Numbered from the stretch's first letter, positions 9,382 to 18,869 are shown. The stretch is 48,964 nt of DNA from Candidatus Saccharimonadia bacterium (GCA_041743505.1 JBGTMQ010000008.1:135183-184146), one strand, 5' to 3'. Numbers and translations: made by a program. Notes: generated by a model not told the origin, from the sequence alone.

Positions 9382-9394
9382 AGGAGCAATAATT

Positions 9395-10390
9395 ATGGCA
9401 GAGAATAAAAAGCGCGAAGAAATCATCGCCGAAGAAGAAACCCAAGACGAAATCGCCGAGGTTCAAGAAGACCAGGATGAGGTAGAACTACCCCAAGAGG
9501 TCGCCCAGGGTGGCGAAAAGTCCACCACATTAGCTAAAGCCGGCAAGCGTAGCTCCAAAGCCGTCCGCGAGATTGAGGAAGAAGAAGCCCGCCAGGCCGC
9601 CAAAGAAGAACGCGCTGCCATCGAAGAGACTGCCGAGTCCGGTCCTAAGCCACCTCGCCGCATCATGCCAAATCCAATGCATCAGCACGGCAAAAAGTAC
9701 CGTGAGGCGCTCAAGCTAGTTGACCGCACCAAGCTGCACGGCCTAGATGAAGCCTTGGAGCTAGCCGCCAAGACCGCTACCACCAAGTTTGATAGCTCAG
9801 TCGAGATTCACGTCAACCTGGGTGTCGACCCGCGCCAGGCAGACCAAATGGTCCGCGCCAGCGTAGTATTGCCTCACGGCACCGGCAAGACCTTGCGTGT
9901 AGCCGTCTTCGCCGATGGCAAAGCCGCCGAAGACGCCAAAACAGCCGGCGCCGACCTTATCGGCACCGACAAGCTGCTAGCCGACATTGAAGCCGGCAAA
10001 CTGGCTTTCGACATACTCATCGCTACCCCCGACAAAATGGCCACACTTGGTAAAGTCGCCAAGATCCTCGGGCCGCGCGGGCTCATGCCCAACCCCAAAA
10101 GCGGCACCGTCACCCCTGACACCGCCAAGGCCGTCAAAGAAGCCAAAGCCGGCAAGATCGAGTTCCGTATCGACAAGCAAGGTATTTTACATCAGGCCGT
10201 CGGCAAAGTTAGCTTTAAGCCAGAAAACCTGCGCGACAATGCCGCCGCCTTCCTAAATGCCGTCCTCAAGGCCAAGCCAAACTCTACCAAAGGTACCTAC
10301 GTTAAAGCCGTAACCGTTACTACCTCCATGGGTCCTGGTATCAAAGTTGACGCCGCCGCAACCACTAGCGAGCTGTCCACCAAGAAATAA
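9395..10390 (+). CDS. rplA: 50S ribosomal protein L1 with long acidic N-terminal extension
   Basis: LGVDPRQADQMVR, LPHGTGK, LGPRGLMPNPKSGTVT, TSMGPG. Confidence 0.97.
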   Translation: MAENKKREEIIAEEETQDEIAEVQEDQDEVELPQEVAQGGEKSTTLAKAGKRSSKAVREIEEEEARQAAKEERAAIEETAESGPKPPRRIMPNPMHQHGKKYREALKLVDRTKLHGLDEALELAAKTATTKFDSSVEIHVNLGVDPRQADQMVRASVVLPHGTGKTLRVAVFADGKAAEDAKTAGADLIGTDKLLADIEAGKLAFDILIATPDKMATLGKVAKILGPRGLMPNPKSGTVTPDTAKAVKEAKAGKIEFRIDKQGILHQAVGKVSFKPENLRDNAAAFLNAVLKAKPNSTKGTYVKAVTVTTSMGPGIKVDAAATTSELSTKK

Positions 10391-10442
10391 GTTCGCTTCG
10401 CGCTAGGCAGAGATAAACCCCCCTCCCAGATCACGAATTATG

Positions 10443-10484
10443 CTATCTGGTACAATCATTGCTAGGTGAGCGTACCTCGACAAG
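10443..10484 (+). promoter_or_regulatory. conserved promoter/leader motif, copy 1
   Basis: 39/42 identical to 11987-12028; contains extended -10 TGnTACAAT and a short AGGTG/TACCT hairpin. Confidence 0.75.
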
Positions 10485-10499
10485 CAGAGGAGTTAGGCA

Positions 10500-11105
10500 A
10501 TGGCCAAAGCCAAGTGGATTCTCAGTGACCGATCGTGTCTACAAGAACGGTTCATTCCGCAGCTCGACCAACTCACATCAGCGTCAAACAGCTTGAAGCA
10601 ACTGGGTTTTAAAGTTGTACTCATATCCGGAGTCTACGATTTACTAGACTGTGGCCAAGCAGACCGCCTTGAAGAGGCTAGTAGACTTGGCGATGTCTTA
10701 ATGGTCGGCGTCCATAGCGATGCTATGGTGTTTGAGGAGTTGGGATATGGCAAACCGTTTGTACCCCAGCTTGAACGTGTCAACTCCCTCATACATCTAA
10801 GGTCAGTCGGGCTAGTTACTCTTATTACCGATTACGACCACTGGCACGCTACGGTAGAGGCCGTCCGTCCGGACATAATGGTCGTTCCAGCCGAAATATT
10901 CTCAACCGAAGAAACCCTCCGCTGGCATAATGCCGGTATTCAGATTGAGCCAATGCCAGAGTCAAGCTCCTACAGTCTGGCAAATCGGCTCAACGACCGC
11001 CAGCAGGCGTTTAAGCAAGCCATCACGGACAAGCTAGCCGCAGGCATACCGGTCTTGATTCAGGAGGCGCTGGATGATGCCACTCAAAAGCGGCCGGCAA
11101 AGTAA
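10500..11105 (+). CDS. cytidylyltransferase-like (RfaE domain II-like) protein with degenerate HIGH motif
   Basis: GVYDLLDCGQ in place of GxFDLLHxGH; GDVLMVGVHSD; P...ER; VRPDIMV. Confidence 0.8.
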   Translation: MAKAKWILSDRSCLQERFIPQLDQLTSASNSLKQLGFKVVLISGVYDLLDCGQADRLEEASRLGDVLMVGVHSDAMVFEELGYGKPFVPQLERVNSLIHLRSVGLVTLITDYDHWHATVEAVRPDIMVVPAEIFSTEETLRWHNAGIQIEPMPESSSYSLANRLNDRQQAFKQAITDKLAAGIPVLIQEALDDATQKRPAK

Positions 11106-11949
11106 ACAAATCATCCTCTACATACCAGCCGTCCATGCTGGTAACCAGGCCCTGATAGAACACCACCGCGATGCTGATGAGCTGTTAGTTCTGGGTCCGA
11201 GTTTTCACAGAATTTGCCCGGAGATCGGCCGCGACAAGCGGGCACTCAAGCCAACAGCCGCGGCTCTTTACATCAATCAGGTGCTCGGCATCACGACTCG
11301 GGTGGTAAACACTCGCACGTTGCCAAGGGCCATAACAGCCGAGCAACTCGTACTGGGCCGGGAGGCCATATCGCGCCAGCTGGTAGCCACATACGAACTA
11401 GATAAACGCCACGATGTTATCTACGAACCAACTTTCTTATTCCACGACCGCCCCTGGAGCTAGCCACAAGCACCAGACGATCCAGACATTACCCGTTCAT
11501 CAAATCCACGCGATCGTGAGTTTATGAAGTTGGCACTAGCACAGGCCAAGTACAGTTCCGATTCATGGCGGCAAGTCGGAGCAGTAGCAGTCCGAGATGG
11601 CCGAATCCTGCTCCAATCACACAACCACCACCTGCCAAGCGAGTATTCGCCATATGTTGACGGCGATCCCCGTGACGGGTTCAGTCGCGGAGTCCGCCCT
11701 GACCTCTCCACCGCCATTCATGCCGAAGCTCAGCTGGTAGCCACTGCAGCTCAAACTGGACTACGACTGCATGGAGCCCAACTCTATGTCACAACCTTCC
11801 CATGCCCACCTTGCGGACACCTCATCGCCACTGCCGGTTTCTCAGCCTGCCTTTACGCCGGCCCCTATGCCATGCCAGAGGGCCAGGAAACCCTCCAGCA
11901 AGCTGGCGTCACGCAAATCTGGGTCAACACCATCAACCTCTCGCCTTAA
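11077..11949 (+). pseudogene. dCMP deaminase with N-terminal domain, interrupted by an in-frame TAG at 11461-11463
   Basis: ORFs 11074..11463 and 11524..11949 share a frame separated by one stop. The C-terminal part has SSDSWRQVGAV, HAEA and PCPPC deaminase motifs. Confidence 0.8.
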
Positions 11950-11986
11950 CCGGCAGGGGTATTTTATTATCACTGAGTCTTAACTA

Positions 11987-12028
11987 CTATCTGATACAAT
12001 CATTGCCAGGTGAGTGTACCTCGACAAG
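11987..12028 (+). promoter_or_regulatory. conserved promoter/leader motif, copy 2
   Basis: 39/42 identical to 10443-10484; upstream of tmk. Confidence 0.75.
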
Positions 12029-12046
12029 AAGGAGAGGAGAACAACA

Positions 12047-12775
12047 ATGCTTTTCTGGCGGATATCAAATTGGTTTGCACACCCGTTTCGAACCAAGTCA
12101 AAGCTATTTGTCATCGAAGGGTCAGACGGCTCCGGCAAAGCCACCCATGTCAAGGAACTTCAAGCCTGGCTTGAAGTCCACGGATATGAAGTAGCCGTTT
12201 TTAGCTTTCCACAGTACGGTCAGCCATCCGCAAAGCTCGTAGAGATGTACTTAAACCGCGAGTTCGGCGACTCAGTCAACGCTCTTGATCCACATCAAGC
12301 CTCAGTTTGCTACGCCATCGACCGGCAAATGATAACACCGGCTATCAAGGCTGCTCTTGCGGACGGCAAGATTGTTCTATGTGACCGGTACCAGGCCTCC
12401 AACAAGGCTCACCAGGGAGCTAAAATTGCCGCTCTGCGTGAACGCCTCAGATTCTACCACTGGCTTGACCGGCTAGAGTTCGGCCTGCTGGGCACAGTCC
12501 GGCCAAACCAGACGTTTGTCTTAAGAGTGCCACCCAGTATCGCCCAGAAGCTGGCCGGCCAAAAGCCCGTCGCCGCACACCTGAAGAACAATCGGGGAGA
12601 TTTACACGAAAAAGATCTCGATCACCTGACGACTGCCTCCGATTGCTATCTGGAGCTTTGCAGCCTCTACCCAAGAGACTTTACCCTAATAAACTGCACC
12701 GACTCAAGCGGTCAGCTCCAGGATATTCAGACAATCAACCTCAAACTCCAAGAGCGCATCAAGCCGCTCCTGTGA
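12047..12775 (+). CDS. tmk: thymidylate kinase
   Basis: IEGSDGSGKAT P-loop, FPQY, DRY..SN.AHQG; start moved to ATG 12047 behind SD GGAGAGGAG. Confidence 0.93.
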   Translation: MLFWRISNWFAHPFRTKSKLFVIEGSDGSGKATHVKELQAWLEVHGYEVAVFSFPQYGQPSAKLVEMYLNREFGDSVNALDPHQASVCYAIDRQMITPAIKAALADGKIVLCDRYQASNKAHQGAKIAALRERLRFYHWLDRLEFGLLGTVRPNQTFVLRVPPSIAQKLAGQKPVAAHLKNNRGDLHEKDLDHLTTASDCYLELCSLYPRDFTLINCTDSSGQLQDIQTINLKLQERIKPLL

Positions 12776-12790
12776 CAGATTGGAATTGTC

Positions 12791-13654
12791 ATGGTTCTTA
12801 GCGACATCCAAATCCGCGAGGAAATTAAGCGCGGACATATTGTTTGCTTCCCATACGTGCCCCGCAACGTCAGGGGTTCGAGCATCGACGTTCGGTTGGG
12901 AAGATACATGTACTCAGCCGACCACATCACCGGTAGCGTAAGTTACAACCCACGTGACCGCCTTGATGTCCAGCGGTATTTCAAGCTCTTTAAGGCCGAA
13001 CCTCACGCACAGTTGTGTGAGAAGCTAAGAATCGCGCCTTTCAAGAACATACCACCTGACCAGGAGATGTTCATACTGCGGCCAGGTGAGCGCGTTCTAG
13101 CCCACACCTTCGAGTTCATCGGCATCTTGCCGCCTGGCACCACCGAAATGCGGGCCCGGTCATCTACCGGGCGCAACGGTGTGGCGGTCTGTAAGTGCGC
13201 CGGCTGGGGTGACCCGGGTTTCATCGATCGTTGGACAATGGAAGTTGAGTGCACCAACCAAGAGCTAACCCCATTACTCGTAGGCGAACGCTACGCCCAG
13301 ATCATTTTTCACGAGACGGGTCCGGTCGACAAGCTCTACAGCGAAGCCGGCAAGTATCAGCAAGGCAGTACTCTGGTGGATGTGGTACGCAACTGGAGCC
13401 CGGAGCACATGCTGCCAAAATCCTACAAGGACCCAGTGGCAGCCCCTGAAGAGCCAACCATCGCCGAGGCTGAAGCTGTCGAAGCCGAAGTAGCCGCCTA
13501 CAACGCTGACCGCGAACGACTAGGCAAGCTCAGCATGATACAGCCTGAATTGCAGGACGGCTCCTTCTGGAATTTCACGGACGAGGAGCGCGACCACGAA
13601 TACGGTCCCGGCTGGCGCGAAGAAATAGCCGGCAAGTACCTAGGAGGGAAGTAA
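12791..13654 (+). CDS. dcd: dCTP deaminase (dUTPase superfamily)
   Basis: MVLSD, SIDVRLG, LAHTFEFI, ARSSTGRNG, GDPGF, AQIIF, GKYQ. Confidence 0.9.
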   Translation: MVLSDIQIREEIKRGHIVCFPYVPRNVRGSSIDVRLGRYMYSADHITGSVSYNPRDRLDVQRYFKLFKAEPHAQLCEKLRIAPFKNIPPDQEMFILRPGERVLAHTFEFIGILPPGTTEMRARSSTGRNGVAVCKCAGWGDPGFIDRWTMEVECTNQELTPLLVGERYAQIIFHETGPVDKLYSEAGKYQQGSTLVDVVRNWSPEHMLPKSYKDPVAAPEEPTIAEAEAVEAEVAAYNADRERLGKLSMIQPELQDGSFWNFTDEERDHEYGPGWREEIAGKYLGGK

Positions 13655-13655
13655 C

Positions 13656-14567
13656 ATGAAGCAAACGCTTGAACTTCCAGATATTAAGACAGCTACCAAT
13701 ACAGGCTACCCCTACATCAGTACACCGGTGTACCACACGGCCGCCGGCAACTCTTATTTGCGGGCGCCAGGAGTCGCGATCGTAGCCGGCCCGCTGACCG
13801 ATTTTGGCGGCTTGCGTGATTTCCTGAACGGTTTTGATCCGGAACTTGGTTTCGAGCAATACCTCGACGATCCGGACACATTAGCCGACGGCACGCAATT
13901 GGTCAAGACAGCCGGGCAAGCCTGCTATGCCAGCTTTGGACCAAAACGCACCACCAATGCCGCTGCCGACGACTACATCCAGAAGCTGCTGTCGAGCGGG
14001 CATGGCTCTGTTTTGGAGCATGCCAACTACACCCTGTTCATCCATGGCGTATCACGCAGTCTCTCCCACGAGCTCGTTCGGCACCGGGCCGGACTTGGTT
14101 ACTCACAGCTATCGCAGCGCTACGTTTCAGGCAAAGTACTGCGGTTTGTCGAACGGCCGGAGTATGTCAATGACGAGATTCTGCATCAGGGTTTCATTGA
14201 CTGGATTGACGCTTCTGCGCGTGAGTACAGCCAGCGGACTCAGCGGCTGATCGACATCCAAGGCGCCGGTTCAAGCATCATGTCCGGTGAGCAGAAGACC
14301 GACCAGCGCAAGAAGGTCCAGGGAGCCGCCCGGTCAGCCTTACCCAACGAAACCGAGACGTTCCTGGCGGTAACCGGCAATGTCCGGGCCTGGCGGCATA
14401 CCATCAATATGCGCGCCAACGCCCACGCCGAAACCGAGATCCGTTTACTGTTTGTCGCCATCTATAGAGTACTCAGTTACATGGAGCCACTTCTGTTTGG
14501 CGATATGGAGCTGGCTACCAACACCGACGGTCTACCTGTAGTAAACGTCGAGCATCAAAAGGTGTGA
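13656..14567 (+). CDS. thyX: FAD-dependent thymidylate synthase
   Basis: GHGSVLEH, SHELVRHR, SQLSQRYV, ARSALPN, NVRAWRH, AETEIR. Confidence 0.95.
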   Translation: MKQTLELPDIKTATNTGYPYISTPVYHTAAGNSYLRAPGVAIVAGPLTDFGGLRDFLNGFDPELGFEQYLDDPDTLADGTQLVKTAGQACYASFGPKRTTNAAADDYIQKLLSSGHGSVLEHANYTLFIHGVSRSLSHELVRHRAGLGYSQLSQRYVSGKVLRFVERPEYVNDEILHQGFIDWIDASAREYSQRTQRLIDIQGAGSSIMSGEQKTDQRKKVQGAARSALPNETETFLAVTGNVRAWRHTINMRANAHAETEIRLLFVAIYRVLSYMEPLLFGDMELATNTDGLPVVNVEHQKV

Positions 14568-14572
14568 ACCAG

Positions 14573-14610
14573 AGGCCGGGAGCAACCACAATCGTGGCAG
14601 CTCCCGGCCT
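14573..14610 (+). terminator. hairpin after thyX
   Basis: AGGCCGGGAGC / GCTCCCGGCCT. Confidence 0.6.
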
Positions 14611-14700
14611 GATTCATTAATAAGCTATAATACTCCCTATGATCTAACTACGACGTTCAACCACTTCAATTTCAATAACTATCGACAAGGAGTTTCTGTA

Positions 14701-16014
14701 ATGAAGCAACTGAACGAACAATCCGTACAGGTCACGCGCGATAAAACAATTGCCCAGCTTATCGAAGGCGAGGAGCAACGTCAGCGCAACGGCCTGGAAC
14801 TAATCCCGAGCGAAAATTACGTCAGCCGCGACGTACTAACCGCCTCAGGCAGTGTTTTTGCCAACAAGTACTCAGAAGGCTACCCTGGCCGGCGCTATTA
14901 CGGCGGTCAGGAGTTCACCGACCAGATCGAACAGTTAGCTATTAACCGCATCAAAACACTGTTCGGTGCCGACCACGCCAACGTCCAGCCACTGTCCGGG
15001 GCCCAGGCCAACGAAGCCGCCGAGCACGCCTGGATGGAGCCCGGCGACACCATCCTGGGCATGGATCTCACCCATGGCGGCCACCTGACTCACGGCCGGG
15101 AAAACACTATTTTGGCCAAAATCTTCAATTTCATCCGTTACGGCATGAAAGATGTCGAAACCGGCGAAATCGACTATGACCACTTGCGTGAGCTAGCCCT
15201 CAAACACCGCCCCAAAATGATCCTGGCCGGCTACTCATCCTACCCCCGCGAACTCGATTACGCCAAATTCTCCGCCATAGCCGAAGAAGTCGGCGCCGTC
15301 GCCTGGGCCGATGTAGCACACATTGCCGGCCTCATCACCGCCGGCAAGCTGGAAAACCCATTTCACCACGGCTTCCACATGGTCACGTCCACCACCCACA
15401 AGACCCTGCGCGGACCACGTGGCGGCATTGTGCTCACCAAAGGTGTTGTCGGCAACCCACTGCGCAAAGTCGACAAGACCATTGAGAACCTGCCTACACT
15501 GGTAGACCGAACGGTATTCCCCGGTGTTCAAGGTGGGCCGCACATGCACATCATCGCTGCCAAAGCCGTGGCCTTCCACGAAGCTGCCCAACCCGAGTTT
15601 GTCGATTACGCTCAGGCCGTCTTGGATAACGCCCAAGCCTTAGCCACAGCGCTCATGAACCGCGGCTTCAAACTCGTTACTGGTGGCACCGACAACCATT
15701 TGGTGTTAGTTGATGTTTTGTCCAGCTTTGGTATCCACGGCGGGGAAGCCGAGGCCACTCTGGACAAAATCGGCCTAACTCTCAACAAGAATGTCATCCC
15801 TGACGATCCACTGCCACCATTCCGGCCCAGCGGCATCCGGCTGGGCACCCCAGCCATCACCACCCGTGGCCTCAAAACAGAGCACATGAATCAAATCGCG
15901 GCCTGGATGCTCGACGCCATCAACAACCGCCACGACGACAAAAAGCTCGCTACCCTGAGTGCGGAAGTAACCGACTTCGCACAACAATTTCCGCTGCCCA
16001 GCGACCACCAATAG
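14701..16014 (+). CDS. glyA: serine hydroxymethyltransferase
   Basis: LIPSENY, NKYSEGYPGRRYYGG, GGHLTHG, TTHKTLRGPRGG, SGIRLGTPA. Confidence 0.98.
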   Translation: MKQLNEQSVQVTRDKTIAQLIEGEEQRQRNGLELIPSENYVSRDVLTASGSVFANKYSEGYPGRRYYGGQEFTDQIEQLAINRIKTLFGADHANVQPLSGAQANEAAEHAWMEPGDTILGMDLTHGGHLTHGRENTILAKIFNFIRYGMKDVETGEIDYDHLRELALKHRPKMILAGYSSYPRELDYAKFSAIAEEVGAVAWADVAHIAGLITAGKLENPFHHGFHMVTSTTHKTLRGPRGGIVLTKGVVGNPLRKVDKTIENLPTLVDRTVFPGVQGGPHMHIIAAKAVAFHEAAQPEFVDYAQAVLDNAQALATALMNRGFKLVTGGTDNHLVLVDVLSSFGIHGGEAEATLDKIGLTLNKNVIPDDPLPPFRPSGIRLGTPAITTRGLKTEHMNQIAAWMLDAINNRHDDKKLATLSAEVTDFAQQFPLPSDHQ

Positions 16015-16023
16015 CAACCAACC

Positions 16024-16056
16024 ATGCGGCTGCCGGAATCTATCTTGCAGCCGCAT
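16024..16056. terminator. hairpin between convergent glyA and the paralog pair
   Basis: ATGCGGCTGC / GCAGCCGCAT. Confidence 0.55.
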
Positions 16057-16114
16057 ATCATATTAAACCGCAATAAAAAAGTGGCTGCCGAAACGAATCC
16101 GACAGCCAACGAAC

Positions 16115-16498
16115 CTATTGCTTCGCACTTAATCGCCGCGTAGAGTGAAACGTCCATTGCCTCCAGCGCACACCGCAAGTGCCCCAGCGGTAAGGGTACC
16201 TGATCCATACCATGTTTGTACCGATGGTCACATGGGCAGTGTACTGGCCGTCACACCCCCTGAGTGGCCCGATAGGCACATCCAATCCATCAGCAACCGC
16301 AATGCGAAGATAATCCCGGGGTGGCAAAACTCCATGAATCAGTTGCACCGGCCGTAAAACGGCCGCCGAACCCCGGTTCTGATCCCGACCCTCCTCGCCG
16401 TCGTGCCATCGGTACTCAACACGCCAGCACAACAGCCTCGCATTGAGCAGTCCAATCAGCTCGTTCGTGTGCATATCATCGACCGGAAGAACAACCAT
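16115..16498 (-). CDS. hypothetical protein (paralog of 16508..16918)
   Basis: SD GAGGAG; shared blocks LPV..M..N.L...LN.RL, YL.I.VA.G..VP.GPL, YPY.WG...VRW. Confidence 0.8.
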   Translation of the reverse strand: MVVLPVDDMHTNELIGLLNARLLCWRVEYRWHDGEEGRDQNRGSAAVLRPVQLIHGVLPPRDYLRIAVADGLDVPIGPLRGCDGQYTAHVTIGTNMVWIRYPYRWGTCGVRWRQWTFHSTRRLSAKQ

Positions 16499-16507
16499 CT
16501 AGACTCC

Positions 16508-16918
16508 TCACCGTGCGTCGAGGCGGCTTCTCGGAATAAGCGTCAGATATATCCAGCGCACCTCATCCCTACCCCAGAGGTAGGGATAGTTAATCTTCAC
16601 CCAGTGCGGCTCCGCGGCAATATGAGCTAAGTGCTCTTGACCGCCAACCTCCAAAGGCCCCACCGGCACACTATGACCACCCGCTACCGGAATATAGAGG
16701 TAGCCTCTTTTCGGATAGCCGCGCTGGGCGACACACACCGGCTCACTCATCGCTGCAAAACCATGGTCTTGCCCATGCGAAAAGCCCGTATCACACTTAA
16801 CATACAATACCTGCCAGCCCTGTAACCGGGTATTCAATACCTCGGTCAAAGCATTGGCATTCATAGCCACAACCGGCAAATCTGCCAGTTCTATCGCGGG
16901 TGGGGGAGTACTAGTCAA
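16508..16918 (-). CDS. hypothetical protein (paralog of 16115..16498)
   Basis: SD GAGGAG before TTG; homology to its neighbour. Confidence 0.8.
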   Translation of the reverse strand: MTSTPPPAIELADLPVVAMNANALTEVLNTRLQGWQVLYVKCDTGFSHGQDHGFAAMSEPVCVAQRGYPKRGYLYIPVAGGHSVPVGPLEVGGQEHLAHIAAEPHWVKINYPYLWGRDEVRWIYLTLIPRSRLDAR

Positions 16919-17114
16919 TTCAACTCCTCGGTCGAATGCGAGCGAAAACTCTATGCAAATATGCCATGGATGTCTTACTTACTCAAGACATCCAGAGCTG
17001 GTTACTAATGCCTAGGCAAAGAAACTTGACTCGAGAAGAGATGTATGTCATAATAAATATGAGATACCTCAACTCTGAGTACTCGCATCTTCGTCTAGAC
17101 CTCAGGAGGTCATT

Positions 17115-17498
17115 ATGGGAAGCTCACAAGCCGCTACCACCGCCAAAAACACCCCCCAGGTACTTGTGGTCAAGCGGCCCGATGGCGTCCGGGAAATCCA
17201 TTTCGCCGAACCCCTCACAAGCGTCGGTACATACGGAGCCGACACTCACACGCATGACTATCGCGTTAAGGAAGCCGGGGAAGCCCGGATTGGCAACGCC
17301 GCTGCCTACACCCTGTTCTGGCATCTCAACGGGATCCCCGGGCTAGAGACCGCCACGGCGGAATACCGCAAGGTAACACTAACGTTCGGCCTGGTATATC
17401 TCGCCGACAGTACCCTGTGGGAGGAAGTCAAAGCCGCCCTCGAAAACGCGATCAAAAAATACTTGAACCACGATGCGCCTCGCATCCTCTGGCACTAG
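17115..17498 (+). CDS. hypothetical protein, possibly Nfu/NifU N-terminal-like domain
   Basis: own promoter TTGACT-17-CATAAT, SD AGGAGG and terminator; L.GIPGL...VTLT...WEEVKAALENAIKKYL resembles Nfu_N (from memory only). Confidence 0.7.
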   Translation: MGSSQAATTAKNTPQVLVVKRPDGVREIHFAEPLTSVGTYGADTHTHDYRVKEAGEARIGNAAAYTLFWHLNGIPGLETATAEYRKVTLTFGLVYLADSTLWEEVKAALENAIKKYLNHDAPRILWH

Positions 17499-17502
17499 AC
17501 GA

Positions 17503-17536
17503 AGAGCCCCCGACGCGCACATGTGTCGGGGGCTCT
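17503..17536 (+). terminator. hairpin terminator
   Basis: AGAGCCCCCGAC / GTCGGGGGCTCT. Confidence 0.7.
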
Positions 17537-17607
17537 AACTATTTGGCAGTACGCCGTCTCAATCAACCTTGACGCATCAGCTTATATCAGCTATCATAAT
17601 TCAAGTT

Positions 17608-17730
17608 CACCGAAGACAGTGGCAGCTCGTACCGAGCTTAATATGCCACCGAGGCGATTTACGCTGGCCAACAACCCGCGCAAAAACCCCGAACTGTCTC
17701 TCGCAAGCGTGAACCGAGAGATTTTTTAAA
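17608..17730 (+). promoter_or_regulatory. ribosomal protein L10 leader
   Basis: CCGAAGACAGTGGC...TAATATGCCACCGAGG upstream of rplJ, following a TTGACG-17-TATCAT promoter; 3' boundary approximate. Confidence 0.8.
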
Positions 17731-17750
17731 TTTAAGAGAAGGGTAATGAC

Positions 17751-18281
17751 ATGGCCATTTCTCGTGCCGCCAAAGAGCAAGCCGTCGATCAACTGACCGG
17801 CGAGCTCGGGCGCATCAAATTGGCCGTCATGACCGACTACCGCGGCCTATCCGTTCCGGAGATCGAGGAGCTGCGCGCTACGCTGCGTACCGAAGGTATC
17901 ACCTACCGGGTCACCAAAAATACGCTACTGCGCCTGGCTATCAAGAACAATCCGAGCTTGGCCGGTATTGACCCCGCGACCTTCACCGGCCCGATGGCTC
18001 TGGCGCTAGGATTCGACGACGAAGTGGCTCCGGCCCGCGTCATCTTCCAATACGCCAAGAAGCACGACGCCCTTGAGATCGTTGGTGGCATCACCGGTGA
18101 TGGCCAAGTCCTGACCGCGGCCGATGTGAAGGCGCTAGCTACTCTGCCAACCCGCGAGCAACTGCTTGGTCAGTTGGTTGGCACGATCGCGGCGCCCCTC
18201 ACCGGGTTTGTCGGTGTCATGGCGGGCAATGTCCGCTCCATTATTAACCTGCTAAACGCGCTTTCCGAGAAGAAAGCTTAA
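17751..18281 (+). CDS. rplJ: 50S ribosomal protein L10
   Basis: [26 protein letters not shown]. Confidence 0.97.
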   Translation: MAISRAAKEQAVDQLTGELGRIKLAVMTDYRGLSVPEIEELRATLRTEGITYRVTKNTLLRLAIKNNPSLAGIDPATFTGPMALALGFDDEVAPARVIFQYAKKHDALEIVGGITGDGQVLTAADVKALATLPTREQLLGQLVGTIAAPLTGFVGVMAGNVRSIINLLNALSEKKA

Positions 18282-18294
18282 AGGAGAATCCAAT

Positions 18295-18720
18295 ATGGCA
18301 GAAGAAGTCAAGGATCAGGCCGAAGAGACCGTAGAGATCCCCAAGAAGTTCAAAGGGCTCGTTGAGGAAATCGATAAGCTGAGTGTACTCGAGCTAAGCG
18401 AGCTAGTTAAAGTATTAGAGAAGCACTATGGTGTTTCGGCTGCTGCTCCTATGGCGATGGCCGCTGCACCGGCTGGTGGTGGCGAAGAAGCTGCTGCTGT
18501 CGAAGAAAAAACCAGCTTCACGGTCATGCTGACCGAAGCCGGTGCCAGCAAAATCAACGTCATCAAGGCCGTCCGTGAGATCACGGGCCTCGGTCTGGCC
18601 GAGTCAAAGGCTCTGGTTGACGGCGCTCCCAAGCCGGTCAAGGAAAACGTCTCCAAAGCCGATGCCGAAGAGGCTGCCGCCAAGCTCAAAGAAGCCGGCG
18701 CCACCGTCGAACTGCAGTAG
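18295..18720 (+). CDS. rplL: 50S ribosomal protein L7/L12
   Basis: [29 protein letters not shown]. Confidence 0.98.
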   Translation: MAEEVKDQAEETVEIPKKFKGLVEEIDKLSVLELSELVKVLEKHYGVSAAAPMAMAAAPAGGGEEAAAVEEKTSFTVMLTEAGASKINVIKAVREITGLGLAESKALVDGAPKPVKENVSKADAEEAAAKLKEAGATVELQ

Positions 18721-18739
18721 ATTACTGCTCGTTTCGATA

Positions 18740-18769
18740 CAAAAAGACCCCAGTTACGGGGTCTTTTTG
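18740..18769 (+). terminator. intrinsic terminator after rplL
   Basis: CAAAAAGACCCC / GGGGTCTTTTTG. Confidence 0.9.
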
Positions 18770-18869
18770 TTGCCTACTAAAAGCGGCTAACTCTCATCAT
18801 CCAAGCTGGTAACAAGCTTATGCTTGCAAAACAACACAATTCTAGTAGGATATTAGCGCGGAGGTAAAA

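Noticed and set aside
10436-10452. NrdR box in the repeated thymidylate promoter motif
   Set aside because: Only the TATCT core fits; the palindromic C/A and G positions do not match in both copies
11461-11463. Genome-wide stop-codon reassignment
   Set aside because: TAG ends typA, rplL and dnaB, and TGA ends tmk and thyX, at the expected positions
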